A program made the translations under genes and the position numbers. Shown piece by piece: positions 50,046 through 64,000 of a stretch of 64,000 bases of DNA. This stretch comes from Blastocystis sp. Blastoise (lineage: Eukaryota; Protista; Bigyra: Opalinata), in the NCBI GenBank assembly GCA_039096225.1, contig JBBPEB010000005.1, positions 868,001-932,000 of the forward strand. Direction: 5' to 3'. The notes under the pieces are model-generated. The model did no database searches. It saw only the letters and a list, made by a program, of their open reading frames with translations, and was not told the origin of the DNA. Each line of letters opens with the position of its first letter. Position 1 is the first letter of the stretch.

Positions 50046-53000
50046 TTCTTCTATCTCCTATCTTATTTTAGTGACTGTTACTGAGGGATGGGGATTAGGA
50101 ATAGGTCATTGGCTAGTGTACACGTGTAACGATAATACAATTAAAGAGGGATTATATTACGACTCGGAAATGTATTATATTCACGATTATGTAGATATAG
50201 TATCTATACCTCCAAAGAGTACAGGCTATAAGAACTATTATATCTCTCCTGCTCTTCCTAAAGGACTCTCTATTGACTACGTTACAGGAGTAATCACGGG
50301 GAAAACTACTATTGGAACTGTATCTCATGAATCTAATGCATATACTGTTATGGCTACAGATCGAATCACTCAAACTGAAGGAGAATTCACTTTTAATATT
50401 ACTATCGTTAGTATATATATTGTTGTTTATATTGATTATTCTTTATATATTATTCTTTATATTATTATTTATATATTATTATTATATTATTATTTATATA
50501 TTATTATTATATTATTATTTATATTATTCTTTATATATTATTATTTATATATTATTATTTATATATTCTTTATATATTATTATTTATATTATTATTTATA
50601 TATTATTATTTATATATTATTATATATAAAATAATAACAATATAATAAATATATATACTATATCTATAATAATTAGGTTGTTCTTCGGATCTTACTCGTC
50701 TTCATATTCATAAAGTAAACAAAGCGTGGGCTCAATCGGAGTCTTTCTCGTTCACAGATATATATACAAATATAACTATATGGTCATCACCTAAATTAAC
50801 AGATCTAGTTGATTATGATGTTGATTTATGTATTCCTGCTTCTACTTATCATCTTCATCTTGGATCTTCTTTCTATTCTTATTGGTTATCAGGATCACTT
50901 CTTGTCCTTCAAATGTATGATACTACACAATATTATACAATAGGTAGATATACTGTTCGTCAAGAAGAACCTATTCATGATTATCTTTTAGATTTCACGT
51001 TTATTATTCATTTCCAATCGACTTCCTTCTTATATTCTCAAGATATTGTTTATCCAGGATGGGAAACAGATACCTTTCATCCTTCTATGTTTATGCCTTA
51101 TATTCCTTCTTCTCCTCCTACTTCTACATCAACACGATGGTTCTTTAGAACACAATTTATACTTCCTTCTCTTGATAATTACGCAGGATTCGTCATTCGT
51201 CTATTTTATAAAGCAGGTTGTGCTATTTTTGTTAATGGGAATGAATTATATCGTCGTAATATCCCTAGTGATCCTATTAATAATAATACCGCAGCTACTG
51301 CAGGAGATGATTCTTTCTTATATAGAACTATTTCTGGTCCTTTATCTATTCTTAAAGAAGGAAATAATACACTTGCGATTTTCTATGTTCAACAAGTGAA
51401 TAAGAATCCTAATATAGTGAAATTTGATTGTTCACTACAAATGTTTTATTCCCACGGGACTACAGGTCGAATGTGGGATGTGACTGTAACCGATTCTCCT
51501 AATGGGAAAAATCCTAATAATTTAATTGATCGAAATACCTATAGTTATTATATAAATACCCTCCCTCAAGGAGATCATGTGAATTTATTTTTTAAATATG
51601 GGAATACTCATGCAGAATATATTAATGAATATTGTATTCGGTCTAGTGATATTGTTCCTGACTGGGATCCATCTGATTGGTCTATTTATGTTTCAAATTC
51701 AGATCAGTATTCTACTCTTTTAGGAACTGTTCAGAATACTGTGTTTATGAATAGATTATATGAACGATGTTTTACTCTTCCTTATCACATTAAGGCTTGG
51801 CATAACTATAAGATTGTCTTAGAGTATCCACGACAACATACAGCTCAACCTTATCAATATAAAATATGTGAAATAACCATGAGAAATGACAATATTACAA
51901 AGAGACTATTACCTCCATTTTCTATGATACCTTCTAATCTTACTGCATATGTACATGCTACTATGCCTTCTTATAAGGCTTCTTCTTCTTTATATTCTCA
52001 ATATACTTATAAAAGTGAGTCCTATAATATGACGCTAGACACATCTTCAGGACAATTATTTGGTATTATTCCAGAAACTAAAGAAGAAATTCTTCCTCGA
52101 ACCGAAGAAATCCAAATATCTGCTGTTACACCTCAGGATACTACAGTAACTACTTCTATTCTTGTTCAAAAACAATATTGTAATTTACCTAATGTTTTAA
52201 TTACTGTATACCTTCATACTCAGAATGCTACAGGAACACTCTCTTTAAGTATAAAAGATAAGAATCAAAAAGTGATTTCAAACTATAAAGGATTTACTGC
52301 TCATCAGAATTATACTTATCCTTTCTGTCTCCCACACTCTATATATTATATACTTCTTTCAGATTCAGAAAATAAAGGAATAGGAGAAGGTTATGTAGAA
52401 GTTCAATTAGAAAATGGATATACTATTCTTCATGGTTCTATGGGTAATCAAGAATCTTTCCGTGTATTTTATTTAAATCTTAATTATGTTATTACTCCTC
52501 TTCATGATATATGGTCTTTCTATAATACCAAGAATACTACTATACAAGATGGATGGAATACTATTTCTTATGATGATTCTGATTGGTTACATGCTATGCC
52601 TATTCATTTCTCTTCATCTACATATAATACAGAATCATATAATATTTATTATTTCCGCCATTCCTTCCAAATTACTGATATATCTATAGAAACAGGTATA
52701 TATGTAAATCTTCAAACAAAATATTGTTTAATTGTATATATAAATGGAGAAGAATTATATCATGATAATCTATTGATACAATTAGATCAAAGTATATTAT
52801 GTAAAGAGATATTTATATCTCCTTCTGTAAGTGGTTCAAGTATAAGTACCTCAAGTGATTCTATACAAATAGGTATAAATATTATAGCTGTAGAACTTTA
52901 TGTTCCTAATGATGGTATTGTTGATCTTGATGGATCTGTATTATTATTAAATGAAGATACTCCATTATTATCTCAATGGACAGTAGAAGGAGATCAAGAA

Positions 53001-54035
53001 GGAGATTTATCGATACCTTATGTTTATGATAATAATATAGGAACAATTACTTTAAGTGGTCCTCGATGTATAGGAGCAACACTTCTATTTACTTATAATT
53101 CTGAAAGAAAAGAAGTATTTAATCGATATAGTGTTATTACGGGTAGTACATGTAATGCAAGAAATCCAAGTGATTGGATATTAGAAGGAAGTAATGATAA
53201 TGGAGAAACATGGACATTACTTCATATAGCACATAATATTACTTACCCACTTTATGAATATGAAGAAACATTTGATTTTTATAATGATCTTCCTTATCAT
53301 TCTATTCGATATACTGTAACAGGATGTAATAATGTACATATATATCCTGAAGATTCTGATGAAGAAAAGTATTGTAAACGTGATTCTAAGAAATATGGAT
53401 TCCAATTAGCTGAAATTGCCTTCTTTGAAAAGACATTAAATGTAAGTTGTGAGGAAATATATGGATATGGGAAAGCTGTTGAAGGACAATTAAAAGAAAA
53501 GAATTGTCTTGTATATTATGAAGGAAAACAACTAGGTATGTGTACTGATGGTATTTATATAGATGTGTATAACAATTGTACATTACTTCCTCCTAATTAT
53601 ATGGAATATCCATCAATACTTATTCATCAATATGAGACTATATCTATAGCTCCTACAATGGTATGTGGAGCAGAATATACTTGTTCTATTACTCCTTCTC
53701 TTCCTGATTCACTTCTATTCTCTTCATTAGGAATTATATCGGGAACATTATTCAATGAGCCATCAATTCTTAATTATACAGTTGTATGTGCAAATATTAA
53801 GGGTTTTACATCTACAAATATCACTATAGAATACTATGAATATCAAGAACCAAAGAATGTTCTCACTTGGGAATATTGTCTTCTTTTAGCATCTATCTTA
53901 TTGCTATTAATCACTGGATTAATACTAATTTATATCAAATGCAGACAACCACAAATATCAAAGATTAATGAAGAACAAAATGCACCTGCTTTAAATGATA
54001 AGAATCATATATATGAAAAACTAATTGAACCATAA
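48130..54035 (+). CDS. Giant type-I surface protein, paralog B (same head; short stalk with 1 HormR-like and 1 Ig domain; TM)
   Basis: ATG 48130 gives MIKYFILFSVVILAC|YAC. AMHAK|YGNGW, WTKPSFDDSDW, GSVDNNTWFQID, ISPALPKGLSIDYVTGVITG. Last exon 50677-54035 contains the 1040-aa ORF with TM CLLLASILLLLITGLILIYI. Confidence 0.85.
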
Positions 54036-54343
54036 AGTGTTATATATATTGTTTATACTTTTTTTTTAATGGAAAATTATATAAGAATTAAAAGTGTTTT
54101 TTTCAATTTATATTATTTAGTTTTTTAAATGTGACATTATTATTTTAATAATTCAACTCATGATGAATAGTTACATATTTTAAATAATCAAAATTTAATA
54201 TAAAATAGTTTTTTTTGTTCAAAAATTCAATTGGGATACTCCATTTTTTCTTCGTTTTTATTCTTCTTTTGCTTTTAGAATCACAATTAAAGACATTTTG
54301 CTGCTTAATGCTTAGTTAACATATCTATCATTATTTATTAAAT

Positions 54344-55375
54344 ATGTCAGGAATAATCTTAAGATACTTTGCACAAAGAGGAAGAGCTGATTCAATCTGG
54401 TAAAAAAAACTCTTTAATAGTTTTTTAATTGTTTTATGTTCAAATATATAATTATAGTTTAGCTCTAGAGTTAGCTGGATTAAAATATAAAGATATAAGG
54501 TATGTTTTGATAAATTAGCCATTATTGATTGTTACAGATTTTCTCATCAGCAATGGCCAGAAATTAAAGCTCATGGACGAATAGATGGTTCTATACCATT
54601 TGGTCAAGTACCTCTGTTAGAAATTGACGGATTAAACCTTGTTCAATCAGGAGCAATTTTACGTTTTATTGCAAGAAAGTATGTTATTTCAATTGATATA
54701 AAACACTATATATATAGATGTGATCTATATGGATCTAATATATATGAGAATGCTCTTGTAGATATGGTTATAGAGGGATTTCAAGATGTTTTTAACAAAT
54801 TAACACTAACTTGTCAAGAACCAAATACTGAAGAAGCTTTAGAAAATTATGAGAGTATGTTGTATATATTCGTTAACATATTTATATATATATAACATAT
54901 ATATAGAACAATATCTACATAATATTCTAAATGAAATGAATGAATTAAAGCCAAAATATGGAGTATTTCATTAATTATTTCTATTAATTATATTTAATAT
55001 ATATAATAAATATTCAATTGATTATGTTAATATACATTTCTAAAATTGTTTTAAGTCATTAGTGTTTATTTTCTTATAGGATAAATGGTTTGTTGGTTCA
55101 ACTCCAACAATAGCAGATTGTATGGCATACTCAGTACTTCAACGTAACTATTATATATTTCCAAAATGTTTGGAAAACCAAAAACATTTAAATTCATTTT
55201 TAGTATATAAACAGTTGATTTACTTTGTCATAAAATCATCATAAATGATAGTGAACTATCATCTAAATATATATAGAAAGACTTTGGTGAGTTACCAGCG
55301 ATTGAGAACTATATAATTTCAGGAAGAAGATGGCCTCCCCAGACAAAACATGATATTCTATTAAAAAAACAATAA
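54344..55375 (+). CDS. Glutathione S-transferase (sigma/pi-like cytosolic class), about 6 introns
   Basis: MSGIILRYFAQRGRADSI..PFGQVPLLEIDGLNLVQSGAILRFIARK..LYGSN..WFVGSTPTIAD..LPAIENYI; TAA at 55373-55375. Confidence 0.9.
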
Positions 55376-55802
55376 TTTAGTTGTTCTCAATAATCGTAAA
55401 AACAAACATATTTATATATATATTAATTTATCACGAAATTTATGTCATTTCATTGTTTTGATAAGTTATAATCAATTCTCTTGTTTGTCATATTCTTAAA
55501 CATAAATACTTCAAACAGTATTCTTTCTTATCAATTCATAATAAATCCTTTTTAGAATGAATAACTCAAAACTGAACAAATAAAATCAATGAACATATTT
55601 CCTCCGTTTCTTTAGATACTCATCTATTTGATAACTATAGATAAATAACTTTAAATAAAACAAATCTTCTGAAAACAGACTAAATAAACAATAAAATAAA
55701 CCCTTTCATTCATGGTTTTCCTCAGGAAAACAGTTCTATTTTTTAAAAAACGATTCATAACAATAAAATTATTCTATGAGTGATTTCTGTTGATTTTCTA
55801 TA

Positions 55803-58800
55803 ATGATATTTATGGATATTAGAATTATTCTGTTTTTCATATATCTGTGTATGAGTCTAATTCATAAATTATTCTAATTTGTCGTTAGGTTATTCAAAAT
55901 TATCATGTATTAAGCCACAACAATTAATTCAAATTGAAAGATATTCAAATTTCTCTACATATGGTGAGAACGTAACTATTTACGAAGGTTCTCGATATAG
56001 TGGAAGACAACTTTTGGTCATCGAAGGTAAAAATGAAATTGTCAAGACTCAAACGTTTGATTTATGTCTTGATCCGATAGTTCATGGTGTATATGCAGAA
56101 TCATTGTATGTTTAGAACTATTTTTTTATTAATGATTTAGGAAATATTATGGTTGGGAAGGTGGATCTCTTCTCATTATTCATATTGGAGACAATTTATT
56201 ATTAAGAAAGCATCTAGATTTTCGTTATGAAGAAGATTGGCTATTTTATCGTATTTTTTAAATTATTATATATATATATTATATATTATTTTTATTTTAT
56301 TATTTTTTATTAAATTTTTTTAACTAATTTATATTTTTTATTGCATATCTTTTTCGCAATTTTATAAATAATTTATATATATATATAGCGAGTTTGCTTT
56401 TAAACGATGATACATATTGGAAATATAAATCGGATGAAACTGTTCCTTCCAATTGGTTTTCTCCATTTTATGTCCCTTATTTATGGAATTGGTATAATAC
56501 TGGGTATTTTCCTGGTCAATATAATAATACGCGATATTATATATACCATCTCTCTAGATCTCTTATAGATGGTCGATTGTTTCTATTTGATATAGGCATT
56601 ACTACTATTGATGGGTTTGTATTATATATAAATGGTAAAGAAGTTACTCGTTATTATATTCCTGAAGGACCTATTTATTTCAATACAACATCTATTTCTC
56701 CTAATATTACTCCTCACGATTATCATATCACAGGTAATATAAACTATTATAATGATACTTCAACAGAATTAGTATTTGCTATAGAAGTCCATACCAGTTC
56801 TCTTTCTTCTACTCATTCTTTAATAGATCCTTTTAAAGTCGTTCTTCTCATGATTCCAGAATCTTATTCTATTCGAACATTCAATATAAATGCTAATTAT
56901 ATTGTCAACACTGAACTTGATACTTCTTCAAATTCTTTAGATAATTTATTTAATAATGATATCAATTCTAATTGGATGTGTGTTAATTGTCATACAGCAA
57001 GTATATATATTCAATATCAACAAGAGAGACGAGAATGGATTAATAAGATTAAATTAGTTGGTTCTCCTACAAATATTGATCTATCTCCTTCATGTATTGA
57101 GATCTATGCAAGTAATAACGATGGAAGTACATGGATTACACTCCTTCTAGTCAAAAATATCGAATATACTAAACTTCTTCAATCACATATATATACATTA
57201 CCCTCAAATATAAAAGCATATAATCAATATCGTATTGATATTCTATCTACATTTAATAGTACAGCAGATATTAATATTTCTGAATTAGATTTTTATGCTA
57301 CTAGTGAAGTAGAGATTATTCCTTCATTTCAGTATTATTTTAGTACATACAAGGCATTTGTCAATATAACCATGAAAATGATGTCACCACTCTCTTCGGG
57401 TTATTCTAATTTCCATTATATTGTAGATACACCTCTTCCTGAAGGAATCTCCTTTAGTACATATTCTGGAGAGTTTCAAGGAATTCCTACAGGGATCTAT
57501 GAAGGAAATATTAAAGTATATGCTTATAATTCATTAACTAAACAAGAAGAATTCTGTATATTATTCCTTAGTGTAGATATATGTGATTCCAAACAATTCT
57601 TTCAACTCCGTTTTGTAAAACATTCTGGATCATTCGAATCCTCTCATGAAATATATCAATTAAGAAATAGTAATAACCAACTTTTATTTTCAGGAGAAAG
57701 TATTGATTCAAAAGTAGTTTATAATGATTTATGTATATCAAGAGATACATATACTGTCATTCTTTTAAATGATAAATCGAATTATTGGTCTACATCTTCC
57801 TATTTAGATATTTCCCTTGTATATCCAACAGGTATTTTTATTATTTTCCGTGGAACAATCAATGCAGGATATCGTTCATCTTCTCATCTTAATTTACAGC
57901 ATGGTATTCCATTCTTTAGTAATGAAACATTATACTTCTCTACACATCAAAAAGAACTACATATATATAATAATAATACTTCTACACATCCATTATCTAG
58001 TTCTTCATTACTTTCTAGTCCTCCTTCTAATTGGTATACTTCAACTTATATTGAAGATTCACATTGGATTTATTATAATAATCTTGGGGATTACCCTCTA
58101 ACTGATGAATATCAACATTATTACCGTAATACTTTCTATTTAAGTTCGATCACTGACTATCATGGAATTGGAATTGGTGTTGTAGCTCCTTCTATTCTTG
58201 ATATATATATTAATGATCAACTTATTCATAGAACTATATATAATACAGTTTATACTACTTCCTATACTAACAAATATGATACATCTTCATTTCGTTCTAT
58301 TGATCCTTCTCTTACTATTATGAATAATACATATTCTATTATGCATTCCTATGCACTTACATTTCCTATCTCCTTTCTACATATAGGGAACAATACAATT
58401 GCATTCTATATACAATATCCAAAGTCCTTATCTATTCCCTTTGCTAATTTATTTGGATTCTATTTACGTCCTTTGATAAGTCATACAGTAGATAGTCGAA
58501 ACTGGGAAATGAATGTTCAAGATAATCATGGGAATGATGTTTCAGTTGTTACGAATTTCAATTATTTTGATGGTTATTCATATACATCTTCTACTCCTTT
58601 CTTACCTTATGTCTTAACCTTCACATATAAATCTGCTTATAGATATGAATATGTCAATAAAATATGTTTAATTAATAATGATAACAATGATGATAGTACT
58701 GTTACTAATATTACTTTATATGGTTGTAATTCAAGTCTTCATCTTTCTTCTATGAGTAATACTGATGATTGTCAACTATTATATAATAATCCCTCTATAA

Positions 58801-61800
58801 TATGGTCTTCTCAAAGACAACGACTTTGTGCATTAACAAAAAGACATACAGAATCCTATTCTAAGTATATGTTATCTATAAATAATGTTCGAGGTGGTTT
58901 ATCTTCTTCTACACTTTCTCTCAATGAAGTTGAATTTATGTCTGAAACTATCATTTCTCCTAGTGTTACTCCTCTACAATATATATCACAAACAATTAAA
59001 GGATATATATATATACCTTTTCCTTCATTCTTTCCTATTACTCCTTATTATAATTATTCAATCATCAAAGGCACACTTCCTGAAGGTTTAAGTCTAGATA
59101 AGAATGATGGTACTATATCTGGTACTCCACAACAACGAATTTCTTATCAATTTATTACTATTCAAGCATATACATATAATAATGAAGAGAGTACAACTAC
59201 TATTACTATTATTATAGATTCATGTTTAGCTCCTAAATTATTACTCTCTCTTCAAATGAATAATAAAGAGAATTTCCGTGATTCTATCAAAGAATTCACT
59301 TTATATGATCCATCTACATTAGAAAATATAGGTCATCAATCTATATTTTTAGAATACAAAGAATCTCTTTATTATTATTGTGTATCAGAAGGTGTATATA
59401 CACTTATTCTCTCGGAAACAAATAATGAAGGATGGAATGGAGCATCTATATCTGTATATCAAAATATTAATACACTTATTAATACATATACTCTATATAT
59501 ACATGAATCTCCACTCTCTATATTCCTTCATCTGTATTCATCAGATTTCCCTTCTCTTCCTACATATATATTCCTTAATAATGCAATTACTACTTCTGTA
59601 CCTTCTAAATGGACTCTATTTACTTCTTCTTCTTATCCTCCTTCATGGTCTATAGGTACACCTCTTAGTTTTCCAGATCCTGTAGGAATAACACAATACT
59701 ATATTACTTCTTATATTCCTCATGATATCACTTTATTTATAGGTCTTTCTGCTACTATAAGTGTCATTGGTGGATGTGTCATGTATCTTAATGGAAAAGA
59801 ATTCTTCCGTTATAATCTACCGAATAATATAACTATAACTAACACAACTCTTGCTACTCATGAATATCCTACTCCTTTTCAAACTGGAGGTAGTGTTTCA
59901 TTTCTCAATTATCCGAATTCTCTAAGTGATAATATATTTATTGTAGCTCTTGAATTACATAGAGGTATTACTCCTTATACTAACAAATATTTCGATGTTA
60001 CTTTATCTTTACTTCATGATGGATCTTCTAATATGAATCATGGATATCCTTATTCTCCCTTCCAATCCGATTCTTCTTATCCTATTACAAATGTGTTTGA
60101 TGGAAATTATCGAACAAAATGGGAATATGACGGTTTATGTGAAGGAGTATGGATTCAATATAAATATAATGAAAGTCGAAGAGAATATATTAATTATTAT
60201 GAAATTCGAATGACTCAGAACTGTAATAATCATCATCCTAGTGGTTGGGATCTAGAAGCTTCTAATGATGGTATCCATTGGGATTTATTACATTCCATAA
60301 AGAATCAATTATTTACTACTTTCTATGAACGTCGATTATATGGTTTTTATCCAACGAAATCCTATAATACTTATCGATTTACTTTCACTCAATGTAATAA
60401 TATACTATTTTCTCAATCGGATATCGATTATTGTGTAGCAACTCCGCGTATTCATATTAGTAGTATATTATTATTAATGAAGAATACAACATCTTTCTGT
60501 GAAGTACGGTCAGAATCTGGAGTACTAAGTTTAATACCTGATGGAGAAATCTATACTACTGTTTGTGGTCCTCATTATAAGGGTACAAAGACTCAAGAAT
60601 GTATTAATGAGCATTTCTATGATATAGATATCAGTCATTGTAAAGTAAATGGTTTAACAAGTTTCTCTTATCCTTCTAAAGCTTATATATATCATAAAGA
60701 AATAAAAGATATCGCATTATATCCTCAAGTAGATTCCTTATATTTATATTTTGAAGCATTATCCCCTCTCCCTGAAGGTTTAGCTATTGATAATAAGACA
60801 GGAGCTATATATGGAGATCCAGTAAATACATCTCCTTTAACTACATATTCTATTATGGCTAAAGACGGAACAACTTATCTTGAAACAACTATATCTATTG
60901 TTATTACTGATGAAAACTATACATATATATGTCCTATGGATGAAGAATGGCCTGAAACTATACAAGGAGAACAAGTCAGTCTACCTTGTTTGAATGGCTT
61001 CCAAGGAGAAAGAACTCGATATTGTATAGAAAGTTCAAGGCCATATTGGTCTTCTATTACTTCAAATTGTACTAATAACACTAATATTAGTGTATTTACA
61101 TATTTATATGATTCCTATATACTTCCTATAAAAGCAGAAATCTCTATATGTCCAGATATATCGGGTAATATATCTTCTTTTGTTATTATACCTCCCTTAG
61201 ATATTGTAGAATGTACATTTAATTCTACTTCTGGATGTATATATGGTACTCCTCTCTATTCTTTTCCTCTTACTTCTTATACTATTACTTCAACTACTTC
61301 TAATGATTCACAATCAGTTACTTTATCATTAACAGTTACAGATATATATTGTAAAGAAGATAATGATTGGCCATTCACTGCTGCAAATACTACTCGTATA
61401 CTAGTATGTAGTAATCAATTAATGGAAGGTCATCGATATCGATTCTGTACAAATAGTTCTGAATGGGAAAATGAATATTCTACTTGTCACTTCCCTCAAC
61501 CACATGTAACTTATCCTCAATCAACTAATTTATTCTATGTTAATCATACTTATGTCAATATATATCCTACTATTCAAGGATATGTTACTTCATTCTCTAT
61601 ATATCCTAATTTACCTAAAGGTATATATTTCAATTCATTAAATGGATCAATCACAGGTATTGCTGAAGAATATATATCAGCTACTCCTTTTCTTATTACT
61701 ATACAAAATCCTTCTTCTTATTCAATATATTCTATTGTATTTACATTCATTCAGAATAGTTGTCGATCGATTGATATTTGGCCATCAATAGAATCAGGAG

Positions 61801-62993
61801 AAAGTGCCGTTAAAGACTGTTTAGATCCCTCACAAGAAGGGGGTCGAATACGATATTGTTTAGAAACAGAACCTCCTACATGGTCTCCTATATATAATAA
61901 TTGTACTTATAAGGCACCTATAGTATATTATCCTTCTTCTAGTTTTGTCTTCTATTATGGTGAATATTTATCAATCACACCTATTCGAATGAATTTCATT
62001 ACTTATTGGAATATCTCTCCATCAATTCCCGCGGGACTCAGTTTCGATTCTCTCACTGGTATTCTTCATGGTACACCTTCTAATGCATCTCATTTAACAG
62101 AGTATACAATTACCGCGGGAAATCCTAACAAAAGTACGAATATTACTATATATATAACAGTAATCACATTATATTGTGATAAAGATGAGAAATGGTTGGC
62201 AACTCCTATCAATCAAATTGCTTTCCTTCCTTGTCTCAATGATATATATAATATTCAATTTCGTGAATGTATTCATGTGATTGAAGGAGAAAATGATACG
62301 AAAGTAAATATATTTAAACCCCCATTATATAATGAGCATTTCTCTACATCTTCTCATTCCTTTGAAAGAGATGATAATATAGAAATCAAAGAGTATGGAC
62401 AATGGAAACAGGAAAATACAAATATGTGTCGATCTTTAGATGAAATAGGATATCCACCAGAGAACTATGTATATTTATATGTTCCTATAGAATTAATGAA
62501 TTATCCTGATTATGCATTTGGTTCTATGTATATCTATGAATTTATGCTTATTATGGGAAGAGCAGTAGATTTGAATCATCCTCAATCTATTCCTATACAT
62601 ATCACAAAAATAGAACATACACTCAGTACTTATGTACCTTGTTTGAAAGTTACTGTTCAATTTGTATTGACAAATAATAACTATACTATTGTTAGTAATA
62701 ATATAATTACTTATATTCAACAGAATTTAAGAGCAGAATTATATATTATTAATTCAACTGCATTTAATAATGTTATTGTTCATATTCCAAATGATAATAT
62801 TGTTATGTTATTATCTCATACATTTCCATATCTTACAGTCATATTAACAATTGTTGGTATTTTATTCTTTATCTTCTTATTTATGTATATCTCCAGAGTC
62901 CTTCGAGTCTATATGAAGGAATCCAAGAAGATCAAGAAAGTTCAACATACAGCAATAATTCGAAGTGAAAAGAAATATTATTCCCTTCAATAA
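55803..62993 (+). CDS. Giant type-I surface protein, paralog C (same head; 5 HormR-like plus 4 Ig stalk domains; SEA-like domain; TM)
   Basis: ATG 55803 or 55812 gives a signal-like MDIRIILFFIYLC|YS. Three 5' introns, then exon 56389-62993 containing the 2199-aa ORF. NVFDGNYRTKW, LEASNDGIHWDLL, LPEGLAIDNKTGAIYG, CPMDEEWPETIQGEQVSLPC; TM LTVILTIVGILFFIFLFMYI. Confidence 0.88.
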
Positions 62994-63112
62994 CTCATAT
63001 ACTTTTAAATCAAATAAAGTCATATGTTTCTTCAGTTTATGTTAATGTAAGAATAGACAAGATAAATAGGTACATATATTCTTTTCTTTTTTTTGCAAGT
63101 TTTTCATTTTAA

Positions 63113-63172
63113 ATGTTTATTTGTTTATTTGTTTATTTGTTTATTTGTTTATTTGTTTATTTGTTATTTGTT
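63113..63172 (+). repeat. (TGTTTATT)n tandem repeat about 120 bp downstream of the paralog C stop
   Basis: About 7 copies of the 8-bp unit TGTTTATT. Confidence 0.85.
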
Positions 63173-64000
63173 TTTATTCTCTTTTTTAAAGTTAATTAAT
63201 TATTACATTTTTTTATGTATATTCATCATAATTCATGTATTTGCTTTCTCGTTCTTTCATTCACAAAGATAATTAGATATGTATATAAAATAGAGATCTA
63301 TTATATAGTTGTTCTTTTTTTTTCTTTTTCATGTTATATCGCATTTTTTTTGTAATGTTGTTTTTTATTCCTTTTGTTTTCAAAGACTTGTTTATTTTGT
63401 TTTTCTTATTGATTATATATATTATTTAGATAGTTTTTAAACATTCATTATTTATTATCATTTATATACAGTAAGAATATATGTATCATAATACTATTAT
63501 ATATCTTGTAATATCATTTTATATCTATTCTATACATTTACATATTCTTTTGTTTCTATTCTTTTTTTCTTCTACATTCTTATATATATATATATATTAT
63601 TGTTTCCTTTACCTATATTTCATTATTTATTAATAATAATACGATTCTCTCTTCTTTATTTTTTTTAATTCAATCCATTAATAAAGTGTTCCCTTTATTT
63701 GTGACATATATTTTATGTTCTTTTATTACAAGAAAAATATTTATTTTTATTTTATCATCTTTTTATGTAAATAATGTATTTTATTTTGTGCTTTAGTCAC
63801 ATCAATATTTATATTTATAGGCAGTTATAGTATTCATTCTTGAAACAAATTTATATAATAGATAATTTTATTTTTTGATTTCATGACGATAGATAACTGA
63901 TAAAATGTATACATTATTATTATATTATATTATTTATTGTTTAGTTATATCAATTATTTAAAGGAAAAACAGGACAAATTTAATGAAAAATGTTATGAAG

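Overview
Very AT-rich (roughly 20-25% GC by eye), intron-rich eukaryotic nuclear DNA in the standard genetic code. Most ORFs in the supplied track are exon fragments or artefacts of (TA)n/(TTA)n/(TTTA)n-filled introns. Manual splicing gives 12 protein genes: the 3' part of a giant SPRY/MIB-HERC2/HECT E3 ligase; three paralogous giant type-I surface proteins; a phytol/farnesol-kinase-like gene; an intronless bacterial-type MATE transporter; an Hsp110-like NBD-TPR fusion; a disordered 4E-T/Pat1-like protein; a secreted DUF4091/GH123-like glycosidase; TIPIN/Csm3 (minus strand); a short C2CD3-like gene; and a GST. There are also two tRNAs (Ser-AGA, Asp-GTC). Gene content suggests a Blastocystis-like gut stramenopile (inference only). 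Highlights: (1) three phase-0 AT-AC minor-spliceosome (U12) introns with very short branch-point spacing, one inside the GH123-like gene; (2) a modular surface-receptor family with a 3x lectin-like head and a variable-length stalk alternating HormR-like and He_PIG Ig domains; (3) E2F-like TTCCCGCC/TCCCGCGGGA motifs scattered through coding exons; (4) the SBD-beta-less Hsp110-TPR fusion; (5) a truncated centriolar C2CD3-like gene. All gene models and domain calls are by eye and need RNA-seq and HMM confirmation.
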